From Vitrella brassicaformis CCMP3155 (lineage: Eukaryota; Protista; Chromerida): a DNA stretch of 64,000 nt. The position numbers were made by a program, and so were the translations under genes. The stretch covers positions 62,001 through 126,000 of the forward strand of contig CDMY01000302.1 in NCBI GenBank assembly GCA_001179505.1. The letters are read 5' to 3'. Of this stretch, positions 10,819-24,416 are shown in pieces; positions within the stretch are counted from its first letter, which is position 1, and every line of letters begins with the position of its first letter. The notes below the pieces were generated by a model. It was given only the letters and a program-made list of their open reading frames with translations, made no database searches and was not told the DNA's origin.

Positions 10819-12453
10819 ATGCAGCAACCAGAGCATCAGCAGCAGCACCCCTTCTCGTATATCTTCGTCGGCCGCCGCACCTTCTACCTCTTCAGCAGCA
10901 TCAAGGACATCCTGCGGCTGAGGGCCATCTGCACCTGGCTCAGAGAGCTCTTCGGAGCGGCCCAGCTAAGAGATCGGCTCCGCCACTCGCTGGGCTCACA
11001 TGCGGGGCTGCGGCGGGCGAATGTGAATGGGCAGCAGCAAGTGCAGCTGCTGCGGTTCGACGACGACCAGTTCGGCGCACATGATCTGCTGGCGGCTGTG
11101 TGTGTGGTGGAGGAGGGGGGCTGGGGCGAGATGGTCGAGGTGATTGAGCTGGCGGGGCAGTGCGGCAATTGTGAGCTGCCTGTGACCCTCAGTGGGGCTG
11201 ACATCAACACACACGCAAACATAACGGTGAGCCAGCAAACAGAGGGGCGGGGAGGGGACAAAAGGAGAAGAGCCTCATTCTCTCTGTCTGTGTCTGTGTA
11301 GGCGTATGTGTCGGCTCCCCGTGTGTTGGCGCAGCTCAAGATGGTCGGCCCCCACATCCACTTCAGTGACGGCAGCTGCCTGCAGCTGTTCCACCACGGC
11401 AACGGTGAGGTGAGGGCCATCATCGACCAGCCCGGCTTCGAGCTGCAAGTCGACCCGCCTCTCTTTCCCTTTCCCGGCCACCTGTACCAGCAGCACAGAC
11501 AGCCACACGACCCACCAGTGCGCAGCATTTCCATCGGCTACTCGACCGACAACGCCAGATGGGTGGCATTCGGTGACCTGGGGCGCATCGATTCGTCAGT
11601 GTCGTCATTTGCCAAGTTCATAATTCTCAAACACTTCCACAAGACTCACCAGATCAATGACACATTCACTACACTCAACAGGTAGCACACCGACGATATC
11701 TTTGGGGTCGAGCAAACCATCAGAAGTCATTTGTTGGTTTTTGTGTGTTCAGAGGTGTTGGTGATAGCGGCCGTCTCCACGACCTCCTGACGCAGTCGCC
11801 CCACACACGGGTGGCCGGCTGCGCGACCACACTCGGCTTGGGCGGTGTGGCGCGGCAGCTGGTGCTGACCGATGGCAGTCATCCCTTCGTCGCGTTGATT
11901 ACCATCATCAGATCGGGAAATGCCGCTCAGAGTGACCGAGAGGGAGAGAGCTCTGCTCGTCGCATGTTGCGTCTTCATCTGTCTTCATCTCTCATTGTCT
12001 GCAGTGAGTGTTCATGTGGTGACCACTGAGGGGGCTGTGTGTGAGAGTGGTGCCTTCAAGCACCGCTTCCCGGTGACCACTCAGCTGGCTCGCGTGGCGT
12101 TGGGGGCGGTGGCGCCATTCGTATTCGACGGACAAGTACAACAACAGCAGCAGCAGCAAGATGACGACAGCGACGATGGTACGGACACACACACACACAG
12201 ATGGATGAAAGACTTGCCTTCTGTCTGTCTGTCTGTCTGTCTGTGCGTGGTATCTGCAGATTCGGACGATGGCAGCGGCGATGAGATTGGTGATGGTGTG
12301 GATGACGGCAGCGGAGAGGGCGGCGGAGGTACACAGCCGCACACACCACAGAGGCCCTCACGTCGACCTCCATGACAATCGTGTGTGTGTGTGTGTGTGT
12401 GTGTGCCTTGGGCAGGTGAGGGTGGCGCAGCTGAGGCGGAGGGCGGCGGCTGA
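10819..12453 (+). CDS. Lineage-specific protein with a degenerate F-box-like N-terminus and acidic/Gly tail, copy A (6 exons, apparently intact)
   Basis: FYLFSSIKDILRLRAICTWLRELF resembles the F-box xxFSFLxxKDLLRLRxVCKxW pattern. Exons splice in phase to the stop at 12451-12453. An inverted paralogue lies at 55514-57135. Confidence 0.7.
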
Positions 12454-13247
12454 CCGATCCATCAGCCAACACGCACTGGTGGGTGCGCAGCGATACATCC
12501 CCTCTGTCGCCATGTGGCTGAGTGCTGCCCTGCCCTCTGTGTGTGTGTGTGTGTGTGTGTGTTGTCAGGAGGGCATCTCAAGTTGGGTGCTGGCTGTCGT
12601 CATTCATCTCTGTCGCCGATCGGTTTGTTCTTCAGGACACATCGCCCACCGCTCACTGTGTGGACCAGCTGCTGCTGCTGTGTGACCGAATGGCTGGCTG
12701 CCTGTGGGTCTCGGTGTGAGTGCCTGTGGTGCTGTCCGGTCCGCTCCCGGCCGATTTTGATGTGATGCGCCGGCCGATGTGTGAGTGTTTGGCTGCCTGA
12801 CTGACTCACTCGCCCTCGGTTCCGCCATGGGTGCCCTGACGGGAATGAAATGATCACACCAGTGATACTCACAGCAAAGGCCACACATCCCGTCAGCCAC
12901 CTGCAGCAGAAACTCGCACGCACCAGAAAGAGCCTGGTGACAAACACAAGGGCGACACTTCGTCGAGCTGTGCCGGGTGTGTCGGCCGCCCACTGCTGCT
13001 GCACAGGCGCATTCACCAATTTAGCATTCCCCACGCCTCATCCGGACTCAGAGAGCACGGCAGCGGCCGCCATACGCTCCTGCAATGGGAGAAACCTCTC
13101 AGCGCGGCGATCGGCAGGGTTCCAAACCATGAGAGCTTAGAGGTGCGGCACTCTCCTCGTCCCAATTGGCTCTGCCTCTGTGCAGCAGCAGCATCTCTGG
13201 GGACCACGACCAACGGGCACTTCACTTCCCAAGCAGCTGAGTTGAGG

Positions 13248-14247
13248 ATGGATGCATCGGGTATTGGCGGCAGCAGGACATCCCAGAACGACACGGCGGC
13301 CAAAGTGGTTGTGCAACGCGTCGGTGAGCCATCCTCCTTCGTGGCGCACAGATACACTCATCCCATTGATGGATGGATGGATGGATGGCATGTGTGTGTA
13401 AGTGCTGCAGATGAAGGGCAGCTGCTGATAGACAACGAGGAGGAATGGCTGCAGTTTGGTCGCGGCTTCGTCGTGTACATATGCTTCCTGAAAGGAGGTA
13501 GGGTGCGTGAGAGATCACACAACACACGCAGTCGCATCCTTCCCATCCACCCGCACAGCCTGCGGCATGGCATCTCTCTGCTTGTGTTGTGTTGTGCACT
13601 GCAGCCACGACATCGACTGTGGCGAAGATTGTCGATGCGCTCTTTGCGTGCAACCACCTGGAAGATCCCGACAGCGGCAAGAAGGCACGCACACACACAC
13701 ACACACACTCACCCATCTCATCACTTGTGTCTGTCGTGTGCTCACTGTGTCTGTCTGTCTGCACACAAACAATCGTTTCATTCGTCCACCAGGTGTCGCT
13801 AAGTGACGTGTGTGGCGACTGGTGGATGACGCTGGTGCCACAGGCCTCGATGGCGGCCAAGCTCAAAGGCAACGCGCTGCAGTTCCACTCGCTGATAATG
13901 AAGGAGGAGGGCGCGGCTCTGTACGCCAGTCTGGTCACACAGATACAAAACACTGTGAGTGAGTGAGTGAGTCTGTCGGAGGGATGAGGGTCTGTGTGTG
14001 TGTTGCCCGCAGGCGGAACAAATGGAGAAGGCGACCAAGGGCAAGACGATCACAGTAGTGGCCGGCGTCTATGGTCAGCAATCACACACACACACACACA
14101 CTCGTGTGTTTATATCAGTCTCTCTCTCTCTCTCTGTCTCTCTTTCTATCTATCTGTGTATGTGTGTGTGTGTGTGCGGCTGCAGGCAATCGTCAGGGCT
14201 TGAAGTTCTCGTCGAGTGGTCCGAACGCTCTCAACCTGACTTTCTGA
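13248..14247 (+). CDS. DTD2: D-aminoacyl-tRNA deacylase, DTD2/ATD-type
   Basis: Spliced VVQRV|DEGQLLIDNEEEWLQFGRGFVVYICFLKG|..VAKIVDALF..|VSLSDV..LVPQASMAAKLKGNALQFHSLIMKEEGAALY..|..VVAGVYG|NRQGLKFSSSGPNALNLTF*. By recollection this is colinear with animal DTD2 (RGLVIYVCFFKG, PQATLGG, KEEG.ELY, GTYGNRQ, NGP). Confidence 0.85.
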
Positions 14248-14881
14248 CTGAGTCCCCACCACTCATTCACTTCGTGTGTGTACATAGCCAGACAGACAGA
14301 CAGACAGGGTATTGCGCGTGGATGCATATATGAGTGTGTCCATCAGTGAAATGGTTTGTCGTCGTATGGGGGCTCGCGTGTGTGGACCGACACACCGACC
14401 AGCTAGCTGCAGATATATTGGACTGACTGAGGCACACACGCTTCATCACCAAATGGCACATCGCATCGGATCGCATGTATCCGGTCCGTACAAGTCGTCT
14501 CGTTTGTCTGTCTATCTCTCCGCTCTCACGCACTCACTGCCAAAAATCTATCTGTTCCTTCCTTCCTCCGTCAACCAGTGGCAAAAAAGCCCACCCACCA
14601 CCCACCACCCACCCGCTCCTCCCACTGCGGACTACGTGTGTGTGGATGTCTGTCTGTCTGTATGATGACAAATCATCGCATCTCTGTGTTCTGGACACAC
14701 CACACCCACACGCCAGCACATCGATCGAGCGGCCGCGATCGCGACCGAGAGACGGGGAGGTATGTATGTATGTATTGTATATGTACACCTACACATACAT
14801 ACGTATACGTATACATATGTGTGTGCATCAGCACCCGACGCACCGCACGCACGCACGCACGCGTGGCTGCCTTTCTCATGA

Positions 14882-17800
14882 TCATGATGCGTCGTCGACG
14901 TCCATGGGCATCTCGACGTCATCAATGTCACCCTGACACACACACACAGCCACACACGCACACGTGTCTCGATACGTATCTCTGTGTGTGTGTGTGTGTG
15001 TGTGATCCATAGCCGCACACACACACGCACCTCGTGTCTGTGGAGCTTCTCGGTGCCCGCCACACACCTCCCCGTTGCCAAGTCCTTCTGACACACCTGC
15101 AATAGACACACACGGTGGGCGCATTCACATTGTGTGTGTGTGGGTGTGTGTGGGTGTGTGTCCCACGGGTACGTGTATCTGCAGTTTCTTCGGATGGCTG
15201 TCGTCGGGCGCAACACGCACGATCGAGTGGTCCTGACAATGCACACACAGACACATACACACGTGCATACGAGCATTGCTCTGTGTGCGTGTGAGTGTGT
15301 GTGTGGGGGGGAGAGATGAAGACGACTGCGTACTGGCAGCTCCCCAGCAATCAGCAGTCGGCTCAGCCGTGTAACGACGTGCTTCTCCAGATACCTGCAC
15401 CCATCATGCACATCACCCACACGCACCCACAGGCATACACACACAACACAACACACACAACCCCCACGCAGCTGCACGCACCTCTTGAGTGGCCGTGCCC
15501 CATATGCCGGCGTGTATGCAGCGGCCAGAATGCGGTCGAGAGCCTCGTCAGAGAATTCAACCTACACACACCCGACCGACACGCCAAAGCACACGTGTGT
15601 GTGTGGGTGTTTGGGGAAGGGGGAAGGTACCGTGATGTCTCGGTCTTCGAGCCGTTTCGCCAGGTCCTTCATCTGCAGCTTCATCACGTCGCGTAGTTGA
15701 ACCTGCACACGCAGACAGACACACACACACACACACACAGACACAAAGCCGCATTTGGACATACGGTGATGATAGGCACAAACTGACTGACCTTAGAGAG
15801 GGGCTCGAACACCACAAGTGCGTCTAGGCGGTTCAGAAACTCTGCGCATCTCCATCACACACAAACCATTCAGCCGTTTGTGTGTGTCTGAGTTGTCTGC
15901 AGACAGACACGCCGCACCTGGCCTGAAGTGCTTCCGCACTGCCGTCATGACGAGTGTTTTCGCCGTCTGCTTGGCTCTCTGCACACACAGACACACACAC
16001 AGGAGAGAGAGAGAGAGAGAGAAAGGCACGCGCTTTTGCGTACACTGATGGGTCCCGTTTCCCACCTTGTCGCTGCTGTCGAATATCTCTGCAGTGAGGT
16101 GCTCCGAGCCGAGGTTGGAGGTCATGATGATGACCGTGTTGGCGAAATCGACCACCTTACCCTAAACACACACACAGAGAGGGAGAGAGAGAGGACGAAT
16201 GACACACACACACGTCTGTATGTATGTGTGTGGGTGCGTGCCTGTCCGTCGGTGAGCCTGCCGTCGTCGAGCACTTGCAGCAGGACGTTGAACACCTGAG
16301 GGTGGGCCTTCTCGACCTCGTCAAACAGCACCACGCTGCATGGCAATGGCACAGACACACAACCGTTTATATGCCATTGAAGCACGCCTTCAGCACGACG
16401 CACACCCACTACCTGACCTGTATGGCCGTCTCCTGACGGCCTCAGTGAGCTGCCCGCCCTCGCCATAGCCCACATAGCCGGGGGGTGAGCCTGTGTGTGG
16501 ATGAGTGAGTGGATGGACACACACACAGAGGGAGAGAGAGACAGGGAAGTGTGTGGAGTGAGTATGATTGTGCGCCTGGCTGCAGTGGTAGGTACCTACC
16601 GATCAGTCTGCTGACTGAGTGGCTCTCCATGTACTCGGACATGTCGATCCGCACCATGTGCTTCTCGTCGTCAAACAACTACACACACACACACACACAC
16701 GTCTGATGTCTGTGTGCGTCTGTCTGTCTGTGTGTGTGTGCGTGGATTACCTCTTCGGCGAGGGCCTTGGCAAGCTCAGTCTTGCCCACACCCGTTGGCC
16801 CCAGGAACAAGAACGAGCCCAGCGGCTGGCCAGGGCGACTCAGGCCAGCACTGCAGAACGACACAGATGACCACACACACACATGACAACAGCGTGGTGC
16901 GTTTGGGTCGGTGCGCACCGTGATCTGAGGACGGCCTCGGCCACTGCGTCGATGGCCTCGTCTTGACCAACGACACGCTGAGTGAGTGAGTGACACACAG
17001 ACACACACATACGGGAGCATGGGACGGGCAGACAGACAGACAGACAGACAGACGGACGGACGGGCTGACCTCGTGTAGGTGTTCGGACAGCTTGAGGAGC
17101 TTCTCCTTCTCTCCCCCTGTCAGCTTGCTCACAGGAATGCCCGTCCAACGGGACACCTGCACACACACACGAGTACTCTTGCCAGTGGCGGAAATTTGCC
17201 GGCGCGTGCTGTGTCTGTGTGTCTGTGTCTGTGTGTGTGAATGGTTCCCTCTCCCCCTCTCCCTCTGTGTGCACATGGCATGGCGTCTGTGTCCCCTCTC
17301 TCCCTCCCTCCCTCCCTCCCTCCCTCTCTGGATGCGTGTGTTGAGGGGGTTAAACGGACCACATTAGCGATTTGTTCGACGTCGACGACGTTGCTGAGCA
17401 TAGCGCCCTGGTCGGTGGCACGGTTGGAGGCCTTCTTCTTCTCGATCTTAGCCTCAGCCTAACGAGACCGTACACACACACATACACACACACACAGAGA
17501 GAGAGAGAGAGAGGGGGGAGAGTGTGTGTGAAGTGGGATATGTTCCCGCGTGTGTGTTTTTTTTCACCTGTTTCTTCTCTTGTTCCAGTGCGGGGAGCAG
17601 ATCGAAGCGGAGCTTGCCTTCCTCCTACAACCACATACACACACACCCACACCCACACATGGCGCCACAATCATGTGTGTGTGCGGATGGATGGATGGAT
17701 GGGCGTACCTTCTTGTTGCCTTCTCGCGAGGCTATGTCGGCTGACACACGCACCTGCACACACACACACACACACATGCGTGTGGCTGTCTGTCTCTCTG

Positions 17801-20800
17801 TCTGTCTGTCTGTCTGTGAGCCGCCCGTGCACCTCGTCGATGCGCTTCTGTAGGTTCCTGATGGCCTCGGTGCCCTCAAACTCCTCTGCGTACTGAGCCT
17901 GCAGTGCTCCACACACACACACATCCATCTCTCTCTCTCTCTCTCTCTGCGTGTGTGTGTGTGTGTGTGGTTGTGTGGGAGCCGCTGTCTGTACCTGCAG
18001 GGGCTCCAGCTGTTCGCGAATCGCGCCGATGTCTGCACGGACCTTCTTGAGTCTGTCCTGAGACTTGCTGTCGTTCTGATAAACGACAGACACACAGACA
18101 CACAGACAGACAGACAGACAGACAAGAGAGGCAGGATGTGTGTGAGTGTGTGTGTGTCCCTGCAGAGGTACGTATACCTCTTTCTTGAGGGCCTCTGCTT
18201 CGACCTCCAGCTGCGCCAGCTCTCTTTCCAGCTGCATCATGCAGACCGATACACACACACACACACCAAGTCTCTTTGTGTGTGTGTGTGTGTGCGTGTG
18301 TGGGCCTGCCTGGTCTATCTTCTCGGGTTTGCTGTCGAGCTGCACACGCACCGACGCGCACGCCTCGTCAACTACACACACACACACGCACACATCCCAC
18401 AGGCACCCGACACATGTTGTGTGGTGCCATCGTCTGGGTGTGTGTGTGTGCACAATGCCGACCAAGGTCGATTGCCTTGTCCGGCAGGAAGCGGCCGGAG
18501 ATGTACCGAGAGCTGCATTGCATTGCACCCAACACAGACACACAGCCAGACGTCCATCCATCCATCCAGGTGTGTGCATGTCGTGTCGGTCTGTGTGTGT
18601 CGAGAGAGGCAGGCTTCCTCCCGACGCTGGCATGGCTGACCTGAGCTGCACGGCGGCGACGAGAGCGTTGTCTGTGATGCGGATGCCGTGGTGTGACTCG
18701 TACTTGTCCTTCAAACCTGTGTGTGTGTGTGTGTCCATCCATCCATCCACACACACACACGCACAGAGATGGTGGGTTGATGTATCTCTTTCTCTCTCTC
18801 TCTGTGTGTGTCCCTATGTGTGTGGTTGTGTGGGGGTACCAACCGCGCAGTATTGATATGGTGCTCTGGACAGACGGCTCTGGCACCAAGACCTGCTGGA
18901 ACCTGCGCTCAAAAGCGGCATCCTGACACACACCAACACACCAACACATCAGCCGTCTGTCTGTCTGTCTGGCTGGCTGGCTCGATGTCTGTGCATTCGT
19001 ATGTCACTGCTTCCTTCCTCTCTCTCTGTGTCTGCGTGTGTGGATGTGCGGACCTTTTCCACGTGTTGTCGATACTCGTCGAGTGTCGTGGCGCCAATGC
19101 ACCTGACTTCGCCCCTGGCGAGCAGCGGCTTCAGCAGGTTGGCGGCGTCCATCGCACCCTCTCCTTTGCCTACACATCACATACACACACAGAGAGAGAG
19201 AGAGAGATGCAAGTGTGATGTGTGTATGTGTGTGGATGGATACCTGCGCCGAGAACTAGGTGTATCTCGTCAATGAAGAGGATCACCTGGCCTGCACATC
19301 AGACGCACACACACACACACAGACACAGAGAGAGAGAGAGAGAGAGAGAAGGAGAGAGAGAGAGGGATGGGTGTCACCAGAAGTGCCTGCCAGTGTGTGT
19401 GTGTGTGTGTGTGCGTACCTTTGCTCTCCTTGACCTCTTCGAGCACCTTCTTGAGTCGGTCCTCGAACTCTCCCCGATAAGACGCACCGGCCACCAACGC
19501 CCCCATGTCTAGCGCCACGATGCGGCGGCCCTTGAGAGAAGACGGCACATCCCCCTGATGGATGGATGGATGGATCGACGCACACGCACACACACGCACA
19601 CACACACATGAATGGATGGACGAATGGATGGATGGCTACGTGAAGACGCACCTGCACGACTCGCTGCGCGAGTCCCTCGACGATCGCCGTCTTGCCCACG
19701 CCTGCACACACACACACACACACAAACACCAATCCACACACACAGGTGTTGCGGTGTGTCTGTGTGGGCGCCGCTGACCGGGGTCTCCGATGAGCACGGG
19801 GTTGTTTTTGGTGCGTCGTGTGAGCACCTGGATGACCCGCTGGATCTCTTTCTGACGGCCGATGACGGGGTCGAGACGACCTGTCAGCACACAGACAGAC
19901 AGACAGACATTCGTCTCTGCGCGCCTCTATGTGTGTGTGTGTGCAGGTGCATCCTTCTCTCTCTCTCTATTTCTCTCTGTGTGTGTGTGCGTGTGTGTGT
20001 GTGTGTGTACCTTCTTCCGCATCTTTAGTGAGGTCGCGGCCTGTCAATACGTGCGCGGGGGGGGGNNNNNNNNNNNNNNNNNNNNNNNNNNNNNNNNNNN
20101 NNNNNNNNNNNNNNNNNNNNNNNNNNNNNNNNNNNNNNNNNNNNNNNNNNNNNNNNNNNNNNNNNNNNNNNNNNNNNNNNNNNNNNNNNNNNNNNNNNNN
20201 NNNNNNNNNNNNNNNNNNNNNNNNNNNNNNNNNNNNNNNNNNNNNNNNNNNNNNNNNNNNNNNNNNNNNNNNNNNNNNNNNNNNNNNNNNNNNNNNNNNN
20301 NNNNNNNNNNNNNNNNNNNNNNNNNNNNNNNNNNNNNNNNNNNNNNNNNNNNNNNNNNNNNNNNNGGGGGGGGGGAGGGACAAAACGAACGCATGAACGA
20401 ACGAACACAGACACATTGTGCGCAGTTTTGGTGCGCCCGCCATACCTACCGTATTTCTCCAGTTCTTTGAGCTGGAGTGAGCCCATGTCGATGTCGCCCT
20501 GCTCTGTCACCTTGAGCTCCTCTATCACACTGCATGCCATCCATCCATCCACAGAGGTGCTCATGTGCGTGTGAGTGTACCTGAGGAGCGCCTGTATGTT
20601 GACCCCGGCTGCTTCAAGTGCCTTCTGCACATGACGATCTCGCGGCAGCTGATCGATCGATGCCGATGCACACACAAATGGGTGCGTGTGTGTGCATACA
20701 TGTGTCTGGGCATCTGTGTGTGTGTACCATGGCAATGAGGTGCCTGACCTGCACCACCTCCCCCCTCTCCCCCGCATAACGCTGAAGCCACACACCACAC

Positions 20801-21790
20801 CACATTTACACCACACACAGACAGCGGTGTGTCTATGCTATGTGTCGCTTGTGTGTATACCGACCCCGCCCACCTCTGCCAGCCGAAAGATGGACACAAG
20901 CGCGCCGCTTGGCGGGGCGCTCGATTGCCCCTACACACAACACCACACACACAGGGGGAGAGGGAGAGAGAGAGAACCATTCACACAGACGCACGAAAGT
21001 GGGTTGACAGTCACAAAAAACGGCTGTATGAGTACAATGAGAAGACAGTAGGTAATTTTATTGTATTGTCTCATTCAGGCATACATAGAGTCGGTGTTCG
21101 TAGCTAGAGATGACTCTCGAAATGCGTCTACCCATGGCTGAGTGTACCAGTTCAGGATGCACACGCGGCAGCCGACCGATCTCGTTGTTCAACGTCTCCT
21201 GTAAACTGCACACACCACACACATACGCACACACAAAGACTATGTGTGTACGCCTCTGCCGGCACTGTCGGCACACCTCTCTCTCTCTCTCTTTCTCTGT
21301 CTGTGTGTGTGTGTGTGTGTCTGTGAGGGTAGGCTTACACATTGACATCGCCCCCGGCCCGCTCAAGCAGCTTGCAGCCTGACATATACGGCCACAGACA
21401 CACGGACACATCCACACTCGACAATATCGTGTGTGTGTGTGTGGATCGTACCGAGGTCGCTGCTATCTCTGAATATGGCAGCGGCGAGGTGCAGAGGGAT
21501 CGTCTGCTGGTGGTTGTACTGCTGGGCGTACGACTGCACACACACACACACACACATCGATGTACTCACAAACACGCAGGCACCGATGTGTGTGCGCCCA
21601 TCTGTCTGTCTGTCTGTGTGGTGCTGAGGAATGGGTATATGCTGACCTGCGCGACAGCGACCATCTCAGCGGCCTTCTCTGTCGAGTCCTTCGTGAACCC
21701 CTACACATCACACACAGCACCCCACCATAAGCACATGTGTTGGATGTGTGATAAACATTCTGACTGACCTCAGTGCCCCTGCCTCCCCTG
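14882..21790 (-). CDS. HSP101: ClpB/Hsp101 AAA+ disaggregase, cytosolic type, about 30 exons; exact first exon uncertain
   Basis: [47 protein letters not shown] (Walker A1), LFIDEIH, and [28 protein letters not shown]. These are followed by [30 protein letters not shown] (Walker A2), [26 protein letters not shown] and an acidic tail [15 protein letters not shown]. Confidence 0.95.
20066..20365. other. Assembly gap (300 N) inside a ClpB intron
   Basis: Poly-G on both sides. The flanking exons join as EKY-G|[10 protein letters not shown], so no coding sequence is missing. Confidence 0.9.
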
Positions 21791-22354
21791 AATGTGGCCG
21801 CATGTGTGCTGGGCACACACCACACACACGCCAGCACCACCACCAGCATCACACGCATCACGGCACCTGAAGCAGACAGACACTCACACGCGCGCCGACA
21901 GAGAGAGATCTGCTCGTCTGCGCAGTGCCCCTGGAAGTCTGCTGCTCTCTGCGTGTGTGTGGCGTACGGCACGGCAGCTACCTTTCACTGTGACAGCTGG
22001 GATCTGCTCCTTCTTCATTGTGCAGACGGCAAGTTGAACGACATACACACCACACCGAGGTGAGATGCGATGAGATGCTGTTAGAAGGTCGACTGCCCAC
22101 AAGCAAACACTCCCAGAAAACGACTACGCAGCCAGCGATGACTTGGAGCGGAGTGCGAGCTCACGACAGAACGCACTGCGAGCTTACCCCTAAAGCCCCC
22201 ATTTGATCTGGACTCTGAGAAATCTGGACTCTGAGAGAGCGAAACGAAGTGTCGTTGCTAGTAGTACAGGGGATGCAGTGACAGTAGGTGGGCGATACTG
22301 TGCTGGAGAAGAAGGTGGGCAGAGGGAGAGAGGGAGGGGGTCTCCTGCTCTGCA

Positions 22355-24381
22355 ATGGACATCATGTTGCTGTCATTGTCGGCTGTCCTCCTCAGTGTAG
22401 CCATTCATTTTGCTCTATTCTGCAGTGTAGCCAGAGCCATCCATATCTGCAAAGGTACGCACACACCAGCTGCAGCCATCCAATGCTCTCTGTGTGCCTG
22501 TGTGTACGTGTGTACGTGTGTATGTGTGTGTCAGGTGGTATAGGTGTCAGTAGACAGCTATCGTCGATCGCTTCGTTCGATGGGCGGCTCCCTCGCCGGT
22601 CACAACGATTGGCAGCAACTGCACTTTGCAATCGACTGGCCTTGCAACAGGTCAGTGAATGGACGATGGACACACGCGCAGAGAGAGAGGGGATGTGTGT
22701 GTGTGTGTGTCTGTGGATGGGGTCAGTCGTGATGTGTGTGAGTTCAATTGGCTGCATCTGGAGATCGATATCGGTCTGTTCGTGGCCTCGTTCGTCCTCA
22801 TGCTCGCCGTCTTCTACCCTGCCACACGATGGTACGTACGTATGTGTATGAGTATATGGCCCGCCCGCCCGCCAGACAGCGAAATGACAAATAATAATAA
22901 GCTGCATTGGCTGGCTGGCCGCCATCGATGTGATTGATGTGCGTGTGTGACGGTGCTCGCGATTGATGCAGTCTGCAAAAGGTGGACCGGCTCGTCTACC
23001 TGCGGATACAGCTGCGCAACAAAATGCAAAGTCAGCGAGCACACATCCATCCATCCATCCATCTGTGTGTGTGTGAATGTCGTGTGTGCAGGTGCATTCA
23101 AGCTCGAGTACCACCACGGCACGGCCTCAGTGGTATTCGTGCTGGCATCGGGGCCGCTGATACAGTGCGTCATATTCGTCATTCGATCAAGCATGTGTGT
23201 ATGGGGGCAGACACAGATATGACACTCACAAAGACAGAGAGAGAGAGAGAGAGGCGGAGGCCTCATTTGCACATTCGCTCCCGTGTGTGTGTCTGTGTGT
23301 GTGTGTGGCGATGTGTCAGGGAGCGTGTGACAATCACGACCTGGCTGATCGAGCTGACGGTGGCGGTGCTGTCCTTCCTGAACACCGTCGTCTTCATTCT
23401 CACATCACGACCGAAGTCAGTCAGCACACATACACACAGATGAGTATGTCTGGCACGCGTGGACGCCTTGGCTTCTGTAGGACTCGTCTGAAGACGCTGG
23501 AGAGTCTCTCGTCTGCTTTGGTGTTGGATGCGCTAATCTTGCCGAGCATTCTGTCAATGCTCTTCTCCAAAACGTGGTCAGTGGACGAAGGCGCCGTGTG
23601 TGTATATGCATGCATCTCTCCGTATCGGCTGTTCCAGCTTTTCTTTCTCTTTCTTTGCGTCGATTCGCGTGATTCAGCTCTACAAAAGGTGTGCAGTCCC
23701 GGCACAGAGCAAATACGTATGTGTCAGCATTCTCTGTGTGTGTGTGTGTGTGTGTGTTTGTGTAGGTTTTTGGATTCCTCGTCGGTGAAGCAGTCGTCCA
23801 TCGCGATGCAGATCGTCTCGGTGTCGATACACATCGGCGTATTCATCTATGTATGTACGCGCACATAACCCACCGGACCCACACAGAGACACAGCCGCAT
23901 ATATATATATATATCTATATCTGTGTGTGTGTGTGCGTCATTGTCTGATGCAGTGTTCGGCGTGCATATTCCTGTGTCTGGAGCGTGCTGGGAACCCGGA
24001 TTTCCTTCGGTTCAGCATGCCCTTCCATCTCACCGGTCAGTCAGACATCGACAGACACATACAGAGGGAGGGAGAGAGGGAGAGGGAGGGAGAGACATTG
24101 TGTGCATGTTATGTGGGTGGATTTAAATGCAGAGATAGAGGGCGACGGTCTTGGGATTAGCAACGAGGGACTGGACTTCTTCTCGTCGTGCTACTTTGTG
24201 ATGGTACCTATGTGCACATGCACACAGCACACGTGCGACGCAATGCAATTCAATTCGATACAGGTGACCATATCGACAGTGGGCTATGGCGACGTATTCC
24301 CCACCACATCTCTGGTGTGTATCCTTCACACACACACCACAGACACGCACCACACAGACCGACTCCTGTCACCGGATGTCC

Positions 24382-24416
<35 letters not shown>

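Noticed and set aside
12850-13140. Possible small gene between the F-box-like gene and DTD2
   Set aside because: No recognisable motif or consistent exon chain on either strand.
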